Shown here: piece after piece, positions 1 through 10,464 of the stretch
Numbering within the stretch: position 1 is the stretch's first letter
Layout: the number at the start of each line of letters is the position of its first letter
Assembly: GCA_041657885.1 (NCBI GenBank)
Contig: JBBABB010000001.1
Coordinates: 65,094 to 129,093 of the forward strand
Length of the DNA: 64,000 nucleotides
Source of the DNA: Minisyncoccota bacterium
GTDB lineage: Bacteria; Patescibacteriota; Minisyncoccia; Phycocordibacterales; UBA9973
Direction: 5' to 3'
Program-made: the position numbers and the translations under genes
Notes under the pieces: model-generated
The model's input: the letters and a program-made list of their open reading frames with translations, nothing else
The model's database searches: none
What the model was told of the DNA's origin: nothing

Positions 1-659
1 AGGCGATGAATTATTTATATACAGAAAATATTGAAAAACTCGGTGTTGATTTAATGTCTTTCAATAGTTCAAAAATCTATGGTCCAAAAGGAATTGGTGT
101 TTTATATAAAAAGCGGGGAGTAAAGCTTTCCCCGCTTTATGCTGGCGGTGGACAAGAATTTGGTTTACATTCAGGGACAGAAAGTGTGTCATTGATTGCT
201 GGTTTAGCGGAAGCATTTAGTATTACAAATAAAATAAAACAAAAAGAATCTGAACGACTTACAAAAATTCGTGATTATGGAATTAAAAAATTATTATCGC
301 TCTCAGGTGTATCAGGTTATAAAATAATTCTAAATGGTGACAAGACAAATCGTTTGCCGAACAATATTAATATTTCTGTTTTAGGAATTTCAAGTGAACT
401 TTTAGTTATTGAATTATCTGCCCGTGGAATTTTTGTTTCAGAAAAAAGCGCTTGCAAAAGCGATGACCACAATAAATCATACGTAATTGATGCAATAAGA
501 AAAATTTGCCTGAAAGATGGAAGTGAGGTTGGGGGGTCTCTTCGTATTTCTCTTGGAAGGGCGAATAAAATGAGTGATATGGACATATTATATAGAGGAC
601 TAAAAAATATTTTAAAGAAATATAAACAGTGGACCCCGTTAGAGGTAGACCGCCCCTAG
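1..659 (+). CDS. iscS: Cysteine desulfurase (IscS/NifS family), C-terminal part; gene starts upstream of the window
   Basis: PLP-lysine region SSKIYGPKGIG, GGGQE..SGT, catalytic-loop SAC, SLRISLG. Confidence 0.85.
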   Translation, partial: AMNYLYTENIEKLGVDLMSFNSSKIYGPKGIGVLYKKRGVKLSPLYAGGGQEFGLHSGTESVSLIAGLAEAFSITNKIKQKESERLTKIRDYGIKKLLSLSGVSGYKIILNGDKTNRLPNNINISVLGISSELLVIELSARGIFVSEKSACKSDDHNKSYVIDAIRKICLKDGSEVGGSLRISLGRANKMSDMDILYRGLKNILKKYKQWTPLEVDRP

Positions 660-707
660 GTGGTCGAAGCACTCAGATTGGTATCTGAGGGCAACCTCTA
701 ACGGGGT
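632..707. repeat. Palindromic REP-like element overlapping the iscS stop
   Basis: ACCCCGTTAGAGGT ... ACCTCTAACGGGGT inverted arms with internal CTCAGAT/ATCTGAG hairpin; supplies the last codons (TPLEVDRP). Confidence 0.6.
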
Positions 708-734
708 GGAAATAGAATCTATTTTTGTGCTATA

Positions 735-1382
735 ATGTCCTTGTATATGGATATTAAAGAATTAGACAAAAAACAGCTCGTTTTATTGACTTTGCTCATT
801 ACTTTTGTGGTGTCTATTGCTACGGGTATTGTGACAGTTTCTCTTATGAACCAAATGCCTAAAAGTGTTCCACAGACCATAAATAATGTCATTCAACGAA
901 CAATAGAGAAAGTTACAACAGTGCAAGTTCCTGTTCCTGTTCCCGCTACCAATAATAAATTAACTGATGAGGCAACAACCCCCAAAGATGATTCATTACT
1001 ATTATTTAGTAATAGCGATGCGCTTGTATCTATTTATTTAAATAATACAAATTTAACTTCAACCGATCCTTCTATGCCTTCTCCTACTACCACCAATGGT
1101 GTAAATGAAGATGGCAGTGTTATTAGTAATGAACCATTGGCTATTGGTCAGGGAATAATTATTTCTGATATCGGGTTGATTCTCGTTGATTCAAGTTTGA
1201 TAAAAGAGCAGGAATTATACAAAGTTATTTTAGACAAGACAGATTTCAATGTTTCTGTTTTGAAAAAGTTTGACAATGGATTTACCATTTTAAAAATTTC
1301 ACCAATAACAGTAGATAACGTTACTAAACCAAAAACTGGGTTAGAAGCTAGCGCTATAGATAGCAGTAGCACCAGTAATTAA
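735..1382 (+). CDS. Membrane-anchored hypothetical protein with degenerate trypsin-like segment (start may be 747)
   Basis: N-terminal TM helix; GQGIIISDIGLILVD resembles the HtrA N-terminal strand, but no catalytic Ser motif. Confidence 0.55.
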   Translation: MSLYMDIKELDKKQLVLLTLLITFVVSIATGIVTVSLMNQMPKSVPQTINNVIQRTIEKVTTVQVPVPVPATNNKLTDEATTPKDDSLLLFSNSDALVSIYLNNTNLTSTDPSMPSPTTTNGVNEDGSVISNEPLAIGQGIIISDIGLILVDSSLIKEQELYKVILDKTDFNVSVLKKFDNGFTILKISPITVDNVTKPKTGLEASAIDSSSTSN

Positions 1383-1391
1383 TTATTTTTT

Positions 1392-4085
1392 ATGCCCCCA
1401 TTCAACAATTTTACAACTAAAGCAAAAGAAGTAATACGAAAGGCTCACGAGCTGGCCATTGAACGTGGCCAAAACCATGTGAATTCTCTACATCTTTTGA
1501 CTGCGCTTTTAGTGCAAGAAGATTCTTTGATTATTTCTATATTAGATAAAATGGAAGTTGATACCATGCTTCTAACAGATAATTTGGTTGAGATGATAGA
1601 GTCACCAGAGAACCGTAATACACTTTCACCTTCATATCAAATTTATCTTACCCCAGATTTAGCCCAGATTATAGAGAATTCTACTAAAGTAGCTATCACA
1701 ATTAAAGATGAATTTGTCTCTACTGAACACTTATTCGTTTCTCTTCTTGAAGTTCCAGGTGAAGCTCGTGAATTGTTAGGACGCTTTAAAATAGACAAAG
1801 ATAAAGTTATCGATGTTCTTAAATTGCTTCGTAATGAGAATGTAGCAGAATCAGGTTCCTCTAAGAAACCAAAACTTCTCGTTAAGTTTACCCGAAATCT
1901 CACAACCCTAGCTCGAGAAGATAAACTTGATCCAGTCATTGGGCGTGAAGGAGAAATTATGCGAATGATGCAGATTCTCTCTCGTCGTACTAAGAACAAT
2001 CCTATTTTAATAGGAGAAGCGGGTACTGGGAAAACAGCCGTGGCTGAAGCGCTCGCAATTCGTATTGCCAAAAACGATGTTCCTGAAAGTTTAAAAGATA
2101 AAGAAGTCGTGTCTCTTGATCTTGGATTATTATTGTCGGGAACAAAATACCGTGGAGAATTTGAGGAAAGATTACGTGGTATTATAAAAGAAATAGAAAG
2201 GTCCAATGGTAAAATAATTCTCTTCATAGACGAGATACATACTATAGTAGGAGCAGGAAGTTCAGAAGGGTCCCTTGATGCATCAAACATGCTAAAGCCG
2301 GCACTTGCCCGCGGTGAGCTTCATGCTATAGGCGCAACAACTTTAAAAGAATATCAGAAACATATTGAGAAAGATCCAGCTCTTGCTCGAAGGTTTCAGC
2401 CGGTTTATATAGACGAGCCAAGTATTGATGATGCAGTTGCAATTTTACGTGGACTAAAAGAAAAATATGAGCTTTTCCATGGAGTTCGAATTACAGATGA
2501 TGCTATTATCTCAGCGGTAAACTTGAGTTCAAGATATATTACAAATAGATATTTACCCGACAAAGCTGTTGACCTTATCGATGAGGCTTCATCATCTCTA
2601 CGACTTGCACTTGAAAATAAACCACCAATTTTAGAAGATGCAGACCGCAAAATTATGCGTTTTGAAGTTGAGAAAGAAGCACTCACAAAAGAAATCAAAA
2701 GAGAAAGTAAATCGGAAAGCAAAGTTGCTAAAGACCGATTAAAAGACATTGAGAAAGAGATTGCTAATTTGAAAGAGAAAACCCACGAACTTGAACTTAA
2801 ATGGAAAAATGAAAAAGAAACAGTTCAGGAAATCCGCGCGCTAAAGAAAGAATTAGAATTACTCCGAATTGAAGCCGAAAATGCTGAAATGCGTGCGGAT
2901 TTGGGCAGAGCTGCAGAAATACGATACGGGAGAATTCCTGATTTACAAAATAAATTAGAGACCAAACTTTCTCGTTTGAAAAAACTTCAAAAATCACGTC
3001 GCATACTTAAAGAAGAAATAACCACAGAAGATATTGCTTCTGTTGTTGCTCGTTGGACAGGGATACCGCTTGAAAAGATGCTTGAAGAGGAATTAAAAAA
3101 ATTGTCTCACATAGAAAATGAACTTCATTTACGTGTGGTTGGTCAGAATGTAGCGATTAAAAAGATTGCTGATGTTGTCCGCCGAAGCCGGGCTGGAATT
3201 TCTGACCCAAATAAACCGATTGGTTCTTTCATTTTCCTTGGTCCAACAGGAGTGGGAAAGACAGAACTCACAAAAGCATTAGCTCAATTTATGTTTGATG
3301 ATGACAAGGCACTTATTCGAGTAGATATGAGTGAATACACAGAGCGACATAGTGTGTCAAAGCTTATTGGCTCACCACCTGGATATGTTGGTTATGATGA
3401 ATCAGGTAATCTTACCGAAGCAGTTAGGCACCGTCCTTACTCTGTCGTATTATTTGATGAAATAGAAAAAGCACATCCTGAAGTTTTAAACATTTTACTT
3501 CAAGTACTTGACGAAGGTCGTCTTACTGATGCGAAGGGGCGTGTGGTAAATTTCAAAAATACAATTATTATTCTCACCTCAAATATAGGTTCTAACTTTA
3601 TAGAAAAAATGGAATCATTAGGATTTACAAATAATTCCAAAAAAGATGAATATGCTCAGACCAAAGACAAAGTACTTGATTCTTTGAAAGATTATTTCCG
3701 TCCGGAATTCTTAAATAGATTGGATGATATTATTATCTTTGATATTTTGTCACCTGAAGTTATCCGTCATATTGTTGATATTAAAATTAAAATTATTCGC
3801 GAACGTTTACTTGGAAAGGGAATTGAAATTGAGATTTCCGATGAAGCTCTTTTGTATTTAGCAAAAGAAGGGTATAACCCACATTATGGAGCTCGACCAC
3901 TTGGACGGCTAATACAAGATAAGATTCTAAATCCAGTCGCTAATTTTATTATCTCAAAAGGTGTAAAAAAGGGAGATACTGTCTATGTGACAATGAAAGA
4001 AGGAGAACTCTTGATAGAAATGAAAAAAAAGAAAATTAAATCTGATATTTTAGTTCCAAGATCTCAATTGCATAGTGTGAAATAA
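1392..4085 (+). CDS. clpB: ATP-dependent chaperone ClpB
   Basis: Clp N domain, two AAA modules (GEAGTGKT, GPTGVGKT), long coiled-coil middle domain. Confidence 0.93.
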   Translation: MPPFNNFTTKAKEVIRKAHELAIERGQNHVNSLHLLTALLVQEDSLIISILDKMEVDTMLLTDNLVEMIESPENRNTLSPSYQIYLTPDLAQIIENSTKVAITIKDEFVSTEHLFVSLLEVPGEARELLGRFKIDKDKVIDVLKLLRNENVAESGSSKKPKLLVKFTRNLTTLAREDKLDPVIGREGEIMRMMQILSRRTKNNPILIGEAGTGKTAVAEALAIRIAKNDVPESLKDKEVVSLDLGLLLSGTKYRGEFEERLRGIIKEIERSNGKIILFIDEIHTIVGAGSSEGSLDASNMLKPALARGELHAIGATTLKEYQKHIEKDPALARRFQPVYIDEPSIDDAVAILRGLKEKYELFHGVRITDDAIISAVNLSSRYITNRYLPDKAVDLIDEASSSLRLALENKPPILEDADRKIMRFEVEKEALTKEIKRESKSESKVAKDRLKDIEKEIANLKEKTHELELKWKNEKETVQEIRALKKELELLRIEAENAEMRADLGRAAEIRYGRIPDLQNKLETKLSRLKKLQKSRRILKEEITTEDIASVVARWTGIPLEKMLEEELKKLSHIENELHLRVVGQNVAIKKIADVVRRSRAGISDPNKPIGSFIFLGPTGVGKTELTKALAQFMFDDDKALIRVDMSEYTERHSVSKLIGSPPGYVGYDESGNLTEAVRHRPYSVVLFDEIEKAHPEVLNILLQVLDEGRLTDAKGRVVNFKNTIIILTSNIGSNFIEKMESLGFTNNSKKDEYAQTKDKVLDSLKDYFRPEFLNRLDDIIIFDILSPEVIRHIVDIKIKIIRERLLGKGIEIEISDEALLYLAKEGYNPHYGARPLGRLIQDKILNPVANFIISKGVKKGDTVYVTMKEGELLIEMKKKKIKSDILVPRSQLHSVK

Positions 4086-4105
4086 AAAGAAAAAATCATA
4101 GAGCC

Positions 4106-4333
4106 CTAAGGGTTATGATTTTCTTTATTGCCAGTGTACTTTATTAGCATACTTAGGATTTTTCCAATTGGAAGTTTAATATCTTCCAAAATTGGTTTTG
4201 TCGCTGAAGCCTCGTCATAAGCCTCAATTTCTTCTGGATTTGATAGTCCTCGTACCACTGCTTGTTCTTCGTTTAGTTCTATAAGAAAATTGATCATTTT
4301 CTTATCAATTCTTTTTTCGTATTCTGGGAACAT
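4106..4333 (-). CDS. Small hypothetical protein (75 aa, MFPEYEKR...)
   Basis: 3' part of the listed 150-aa ORF; its upstream part is antisense to tRNA-Tyr. Confidence 0.4.
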   Translation of the reverse strand: MFPEYEKRIDKKMINFLIELNEEQAVVRGLSNPEEIEAYDEASATKPILEDIKLPIGKILSMLIKYTGNKENHNP

Positions 4334-4428
4334 ATTCTTTTTTATTAATTTACTTGCATTATATCCGCATTTTGTGAAAATGCAAGGAATTGTAAAAATA
4401 AGTAAAATTATGTATACTAGCGAGTAAT

Positions 4429-4511
4429 GCGTCGGTGGCAGAGTGGTCAATTGCATTTGACTGTAAATCAAACGCCTTCGGGCTACGTAGGTTCGAATCC
4501 TACCCGGCGCA
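4429..4511 (+). tRNA. tRNA-Tyr(GTA)
   Basis: Acceptor GCGTCGG/CCGGCGC, anticodon loop CTGTAAA, long variable arm, GGTTCGAATCC; no encoded CCA. Confidence 0.95.
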
Positions 4512-4549
4512 CATTTTTTATTTAAATAATATATGATAAAATAATCTAT

Positions 4550-5578
4550 ATGGCTCAACTTTATAGTAATTCAATTTTTTGGGTGGATATAGAAAAAATT
4601 AAATCAAATCCATTTCAACCACGTCGTGAGTTTGATGAAGATCGACTGCGTGATTTAGCTGATTCTATTCGTCAGTATGGTGTGCTTCAGCCACTTGTCG
4701 TATCACGAGAAGAAATTCAAAAAGAAGATGGAGGTATTTCTGTAGAATATGAACTTATCGCGGGTGAGCGTAGATTACGAGCATCAAAACTTGCTGGGCT
4801 AGAACAGATTCCAGTTATTATCAGAGTGGGTGACGATAATATGGCCAAGCTTGAGCTTTCTATCATTGAGAATTTGCAACGTGAAGACCTCAATGCTGTT
4901 GAACGGGCCCGTGCTTTTATGCGACTTGTTGAAGAATTCAAATTCACCCACACTCAAATAGGAGCAAAGGTTGGGAAAAGTCGTGAGTATGTATCAAATA
5001 CACTTCGACTTCTTGCATTACCTCAAGAAATGCTGGATGCACTTTCTGCAAAAAAGATAAGTGAAGGTCATACTCGCCCTATCTTAATGCTTACAGACAG
5101 GCCAGAACAGCAGATGGTTCTATTTAAAGAAATAATCTTTAAAAAAATGACAGTGCGAGACGCAGAAAAAGCAGCACGTAAAATTGCTTTTGATCGTGTT
5201 CGTAAAAAAGAATATCTTATAGACCCAGAGATAGCGGAAATGGAAGAGAAATTACAAGAGTCCCTCGGCACGCGTGTTCATATAGAAAAGAAAGAGAATG
5301 GCGGTTATATTACTATTGATTTCTTCACAAATGATGACTTACACACTATTCTCGGCCTAATTAAATCAAGTGAAGATAAAAATCCAAATAGCATGCTGGA
5401 TAAATTTATAGCAAGTCAAGAATCACAAATTAAAGCTGTGATTTCTGTAGAGGACAATCCATCTAATGATACAAATGGAGATGACGATACCCATCTTATT
5501 GATGACAGAACAAAACAAGAAATAAAAAAAACAGAAGAAGATATTGACCTTTATAATATCAAAAATTTCTCAATTTAA
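4550..5578 (+). CDS. parB: ParB/Spo0J partition protein
   Basis: NPFQPR, LIAGERRLRA, ENLQREDL, HTH. Confidence 0.92.
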   Translation: MAQLYSNSIFWVDIEKIKSNPFQPRREFDEDRLRDLADSIRQYGVLQPLVVSREEIQKEDGGISVEYELIAGERRLRASKLAGLEQIPVIIRVGDDNMAKLELSIIENLQREDLNAVERARAFMRLVEEFKFTHTQIGAKVGKSREYVSNTLRLLALPQEMLDALSAKKISEGHTRPILMLTDRPEQQMVLFKEIIFKKMTVRDAEKAARKIAFDRVRKKEYLIDPEIAEMEEKLQESLGTRVHIEKKENGGYITIDFFTNDDLHTILGLIKSSEDKNPNSMLDKFIASQESQIKAVISVEDNPSNDTNGDDDTHLIDDRTKQEIKKTEEDIDLYNIKNFSI

Positions 5579-7041
5579 TTTTTCCCGAACGATAAAAATT
5601 TAGAAAGTAAACTATTTGATTTCAAGTAGAGATTTATTTGCTTGCGGGCAAGAGTAGTTTTGGCATAGTCAAGCCATTTTGAAGATGGATTAGCTTTTTT
5701 GTTTACTTGTATTTCAACTATGTCATTGTTTTTTAATTTAGTATTAAGGGCTGAATTTTTGCCATTTACTATTGCTCCTTGGACATGGTTGCCAATATCA
5801 GTATGTATCACATAAGCAAAATCAATAACAGAAGAATCTTCTGGTAGATCTATAATATCTCCCTTGGGAGTAAAAACGAAAACTCGGTTTTTGAAGAAAT
5901 CCATTTTTATTGTTTTTAAGAAATTTTCTGGATTATCTTCATGTTGATTAAGTTCGTGAAGTTGTTGCACCCATTCAAATTGTTTCGGTATTGTTTTTTC
6001 TTTACTACCTTTTTCTTTATATATATAGTGTGCTGCAATACCGTTCTCAGCCTTTTCATGCATTTCATGTGTACGAATTTGTATTTCTACTATTCCTCCA
6101 GTCCCTGTAAATATAGTTGTATGTAAACTCTGGTATCCATTTGCTTTTGGGGTAGCGATATAATCTTTTATGCGATTAGGCACTGGAGTCCATTCTCCGT
6201 GAATTAATCCGAGGACATGGTAACAATCAGCAACGGAATCAACCATAACTCGGAGAGCTATTATGTCGTATATTTTACCCATATCCATATCACATTTTTG
6301 GAGTTTCTTCCAGAGTGAATATAAGTGTTTTTGCCTGTAATCTATCAGAGCGCCCTTTATTTTTACTTCTTTTATTTTTTGAGTAATTATATTTTTTACT
6401 TCAATCAAATATTTTTTATCAACATCTTTTTTATCTAAAAGTAATTTTTTAACTTCTTCATATTCTTTGGGATATGCAAATTTAAATGCTGCATCTTCCA
6501 ATTTACCCTTAAGTCGCCCCATAGACAAACGATCTGCGAGAGGAGCATATATTTCTAGAGTTTCTAGCGCTATGCGTTTCTGTTTGTCTGGGCGAACATG
6601 CTCTAAAGTCTCCATATTGTGAAGTCGATCTGCCAATTTAATAACAAGAACACGCAAATCTTTTGCCACAGATATAAAAAACTTTCTCAAGTTTTCTACG
6701 TTGCGTTCTACACCTTTATATTTAACTTTACCAAGTTTTGTAACTCCTTTTATTAGTTCTACTATTTCATTGCCAAATTCTTTTTTTAATTCTTCTTCGG
6801 TAATAAGTGTATCTTCCATAACATCATGAAGTAATCCTGCTGATATTGTTTTTGACTTCATTCCAAGATCGGCTAAATTTTTCGCTGTTGCAAATACATG
6901 ATTGAAATATGGATCACCACTTTTACGCAACTGCCCCTTATGAGCAGTACGTGCGAAATCATAGGCTTTTTGTATAAGATCTTTATCCTCTTTTTTTAAA
7001 TTTTGTGCTAAAGAAAATATTTCTTCTACCTTAGGTTCCAT
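5575..7041 (-). CDS. rel: RelA/SpoT family (p)ppGpp hydrolase/synthetase with TGS domain
   Basis: HD motif LHDVMED, KLADRLHNM, KDYI..PKANGYQSLHT, EIQIRT, VFTPKG. Confidence 0.9.
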   Translation of the reverse strand: MEPKVEEIFSLAQNLKKEDKDLIQKAYDFARTAHKGQLRKSGDPYFNHVFATAKNLADLGMKSKTISAGLLHDVMEDTLITEEELKKEFGNEIVELIKGVTKLGKVKYKGVERNVENLRKFFISVAKDLRVLVIKLADRLHNMETLEHVRPDKQKRIALETLEIYAPLADRLSMGRLKGKLEDAAFKFAYPKEYEEVKKLLLDKKDVDKKYLIEVKNIITQKIKEVKIKGALIDYRQKHLYSLWKKLQKCDMDMGKIYDIIALRVMVDSVADCYHVLGLIHGEWTPVPNRIKDYIATPKANGYQSLHTTIFTGTGGIVEIQIRTHEMHEKAENGIAAHYIYKEKGSKEKTIPKQFEWVQQLHELNQHEDNPENFLKTIKMDFFKNRVFVFTPKGDIIDLPEDSSVIDFAYVIHTDIGNHVQGAIVNGKNSALNTKLKNNDIVEIQVNKKANPSSKWLDYAKTTLARKQINLYLKSNSLLSKFLSFGKN

Positions 7042-7102
7042 TTAGGTATTATACCAAAAAAATTAATAACTAGCTTTAAAACTAGTTTTTAATTTTATTA
7101 TT

Positions 7103-9406
7103 TTATTTCTTTAATTTTATATTATCACCATGCTTGTGCGGATTGTGATTCTTACACATCTTGTTGCTACAACGTTCTGGAATTGTCTTAGTTCCTTCCA
7201 TCATAAGAAAACCACACATGTCACAAATATTTCCAGTTGGTTTTGCCTTAATAGCGTTTTTACAATCAGGATAATCACTGCATGAATAGAATATTCCAAA
7301 TCGTCCTCGACGTTCCATCATTTTCCCTTTATGGCACATTGGGCAAGTAATATCGGTCATTTTCTTTTTTATTTCTTCCTCATCTTGTTTTATAAATTTA
7401 CATTTTGGGTAACGAGAACAAGAAATAAAAGTTCCAAAGCGTCCTTCTCGAATGACTAATTTTCCGCCACCATTTTTACCTCCGCCTTGCATCGAGGCAG
7501 GTTTTTTATCCCCACAAAGAGGACACATTTCTCCAGTTTCTTTTGGACCTTCTAATATGTTACCCTCCATTGTACGAGCTCCATCACAATCTGGGTAGTT
7601 ACTGCAAGAATAGAATTTACCATTACGTGAAAGTTTTACAATCATACTTTTGCCACATTTTGGGCACATGATATCGAGAGGAGCCTCTCCCATATTTGTC
7701 GCTTTGGCCAACTTATCTTTTTCTTTTATTTCTTTTTGGAATGGTGTATAGAAATCACTCAATGTTTTTACATAATCTCTTGTGCCATTGGATATATCAT
7801 CGAGCTCATCTTCCATCTCGGCGGTGAAAGTATCACTAATATAATTTGCAAAATTATTCTCTAGAAAACTAGAAACAACATCTCCAGTATCAGTAGGGAA
7901 AAGTGTTCGCCCCTCTTTTCGGACATAACCTCTGTCCTCAATTGTTTTCATAATTGAAGCATAAGTAGAAGGTCGGCCAATATCTCGGGCTTCAAGCTCC
8001 TTGATGAGCCCTGCTTCAGTATAACGATTTGGTGGTTCTGTAAATTTTTCTGTACTTGTGAGGTCTATCAGTTTTAATTCTTCACCAGTCTCAACTTTTG
8101 GTAATTCAACATCTTCTCCACGAGCTCCAATATCACACATGAGCCAGCCGAGGAATAATACTTGCGAACCATTGGCAACAAAATCAGGGATAGACCCCTC
8201 CTCAGTCCTCCCCTTAGCAGGGGAGGAGGAAGAAATATTTGCAGTTATCTTTGTTTTTAATAATTTTGCATCAGACATTTGAGAAGAGACAGTTCTTTCC
8301 CAGATGAGATTGTAAAGTTTTTTCTGGTCTTCAGTTGCTCCAGCGTGTTCCTCTTCTATGTGTGTAGGGCGAATAGCTTCGTGGGCTTCTTGGGCATTTT
8401 TAGATTTAGTTTTATAAATGTGTAATTCAGCATATTCCTTGCCGTATTTTTTCTCAACAAGTTTGAGTATTTGATTCTGAGCTTGCACAGACAAATTTGT
8501 GCTATCAGTACGCATGTACGTGATGAACCCTGCCTCATAAAGTTTCTGAGCAGTTTGCATTGTTCTTGATGGTGAAAATCCAAAACGAGTGCTTGCTGTT
8601 TGTTGAAGGGTTGAAGTGGTGAAAGGTGCACGAGGGGAACGTTTTTGCTCGCTTGTTTTAACATCTGTGACAAACCACTTTTCTTGTTTGCCAAGTTCTA
8701 ATATTTTTTCTACCAGTTTCTCGTCGCGAGGTTCTTCTACACATGACAGACGCAAAACCTCTCCCCCCGCCCTCTCCTTATCAGGCGAGGGAGCTTTCGG
8801 TGAGGTTTTAAAAGTTCCTTCTATTGTCCAATATTGCTCTGGAATAAATGCGCGAATTTCACGTTCGCGTTCCATGATTATACGTAGTGCAGGGGATTGA
8901 ACTCGCCCAGCGGAAAGTCCATAACGCACTTTTTTCCAGATTATTCCAGATAAATCATATCCTACGAGACGGTCAAGAACTCTTCGTGCTTCTTGGGCTT
9001 TAACCAAATTTTGGTCAATATCACGAGGATTTTGAAGTGCTTCCTCTACTGCTTCTTTGGTAATCTCGTGAAAAGTTACTCTTTTAATCGGTGCTTTGAT
9101 TTTCTTATCAGCATCGAGGAGTTCTTTTAGATGCCAAGATATTGCTTCTCCTTCACGGTCCGGGTCAGTCGCAAGCATTATCTCCTCTGCTTTTTCTGAA
9201 AGAGATTTTAATTCGCTGACAACTTTTTCTTTCCCTTTTGATATTTCATAACGAGGCACAAATCCGGCAGGAATATCTATCGCATCTTTGTTTGATTTTG
9301 GTAAGTCCCTGATATGCCCAACAGACGCACGCACTGTGTATGCGCCCGCTAAATATTTCTCAATAGTTTTTGCTTTCGATGGTGATTCAACAATTAAAAG
9401 TTTCAT
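7103..9406 (-). CDS. topA: DNA topoisomerase I with C-terminal zinc ribbons
   Basis: LIVESPSKAK, ATDPDREGE, SAGRVQS, ITYMRTDS, repeated CPxC..FYSCSNYPDC; start set at MKLLIVES. Confidence 0.95.
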   Translation of the reverse strand: MKLLIVESPSKAKTIEKYLAGAYTVRASVGHIRDLPKSNKDAIDIPAGFVPRYEISKGKEKVVSELKSLSEKAEEIMLATDPDREGEAISWHLKELLDADKKIKAPIKRVTFHEITKEAVEEALQNPRDIDQNLVKAQEARRVLDRLVGYDLSGIIWKKVRYGLSAGRVQSPALRIIMEREREIRAFIPEQYWTIEGTFKTSPKAPSPDKERAGGEVLRLSCVEEPRDEKLVEKILELGKQEKWFVTDVKTSEQKRSPRAPFTTSTLQQTASTRFGFSPSRTMQTAQKLYEAGFITYMRTDSTNLSVQAQNQILKLVEKKYGKEYAELHIYKTKSKNAQEAHEAIRPTHIEEEHAGATEDQKKLYNLIWERTVSSQMSDAKLLKTKITANISSSSPAKGRTEEGSIPDFVANGSQVLFLGWLMCDIGARGEDVELPKVETGEELKLIDLTSTEKFTEPPNRYTEAGLIKELEARDIGRPSTYASIMKTIEDRGYVRKEGRTLFPTDTGDVVSSFLENNFANYISDTFTAEMEDELDDISNGTRDYVKTLSDFYTPFQKEIKEKDKLAKATNMGEAPLDIMCPKCGKSMIVKLSRNGKFYSCSNYPDCDGARTMEGNILEGPKETGEMCPLCGDKKPASMQGGGKNGGGKLVIREGRFGTFISCSRYPKCKFIKQDEEEIKKKMTDITCPMCHKGKMMERRGRFGIFYSCSDYPDCKNAIKAKPTGNICDMCGFLMMEGTKTIPERCSNKMCKNHNPHKHGDNIKLKK

Positions 9407-9453
9407 ATTGCCATAAGTATTACATGAAATCACATTTTTATGCAAATGTAATT

Positions 9454-10317
9454 TTACATTCTCCTAATCTCCCCTAATTCTTCTTTAATTAAATCTTTTA
9501 TTTCCATGATGGAGAGGAGGGCGTTGGCTTCGGCTATTTTCATTCCTGAAATTCGGACGAGTTCGTCACGTTCGATTGGCTCTCGGAGAAGCTCAATGAT
9601 TTTCATTTCTTCTTTTGAACAGTCGGCGTACTTTTCGGCGTCGGTTTGGGTAGGCTTTTCAATTTCAAATCCGAGTGCGATTAATACATCCTCACTTTTT
9701 GTTACAGGGGTAGCTCCTTGCTTAATAAGAGAATTCGTTCCATTGGAATTTGAAGAAAATGCAGAACCGGGGACGGCAAGGACATCGCGATTATAATCAA
9801 GTGCCAAGCGAGCGGTAATGAGTGTGCCAGATTTTTCTTCAGCTTCTATGATAAGTACGGCTTTTGAAATTCCAGCCATCAGGCGATTCCTTTGAGGAAA
9901 AGAATAAAGTTGTGATATGAAGCTCGGTTCAAATTCTGAAAGTAAACAACCTCCCTTATCCACAATTTCTTGGGCGAGTTTAATATTTGCCCTTGGGTAT
10001 AAAACACTATTATCAAGTCCTGAGCCCGGGAAAGATATTGTTATGAGCCCGACTTCAAGAGCAGTCCTATGCGCAATACTATCTATCCCCATCGCAAGAC
10101 CGGAGACAATGACGATAGGGTAACCTTTTAATCCACGAATTAATTTTTCGCAAATATCTTTTCCATAAGAAGTATATTTGCGAGAACCAACGACAGCCAG
10201 ATATATCAAATCTGGGTCTGGAAGTTTGCCACGTATATATAGTGTCTTCGGTGGTTGAGGGATTTCAAGTAATGGTTTCGGGAATTGCTCTGGTTTTAAT
10301 TTATAAATATCTTTCAT
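9454..10317 (-). CDS. dprA: DNA-processing protein DprA
   Basis: AVVGSRK, IVSGLAMGID, FPQRNRLMAG, SGTLITA. Confidence 0.93.
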   Translation of the reverse strand: MKDIYKLKPEQFPKPLLEIPQPPKTLYIRGKLPDPDLIYLAVVGSRKYTSYGKDICEKLIRGLKGYPIVIVSGLAMGIDSIAHRTALEVGLITISFPGSGLDNSVLYPRANIKLAQEIVDKGGCLLSEFEPSFISQLYSFPQRNRLMAGISKAVLIIEAEEKSGTLITARLALDYNRDVLAVPGSAFSSNSNGTNSLIKQGATPVTKSEDVLIALGFEIEKPTQTDAEKYADCSKEEMKIIELLREPIERDELVRISGMKIAEANALLSIMEIKDLIKEELGEIRRM

Positions 10318-10329
10318 ATTAATTTTTTA

Positions 10330-10421
10330 TAAGCAAGATTGCATAATTCAATTTTTATTCGCGCTTTACCCTAAAGGGCTCCGACGCGGCTCATAAAATT
10401 TGAATTATGCAACCTTGCTTA
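10330..10421. repeat. Hairpin element with conserved core CGCTTTACCCTAAAGGGCTCCGACGCG (copy 1)
   Basis: Long inverted arms TAAGCAAG..TTGCATAATTCAA / TTGAATTATGCAA..CTTGCTTA; same core at ~20895 and ~36082. Confidence 0.8.
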
Positions 10422-10464
10422 TTAATTTGTGTATTATATCATTTTTTTATATAATATATTTATT

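Noticed and set aside
4334-4558. N-terminal half of the listed 150-aa ORF
   Set aside because: Antisense to tRNA-Tyr and overlaps the parB start
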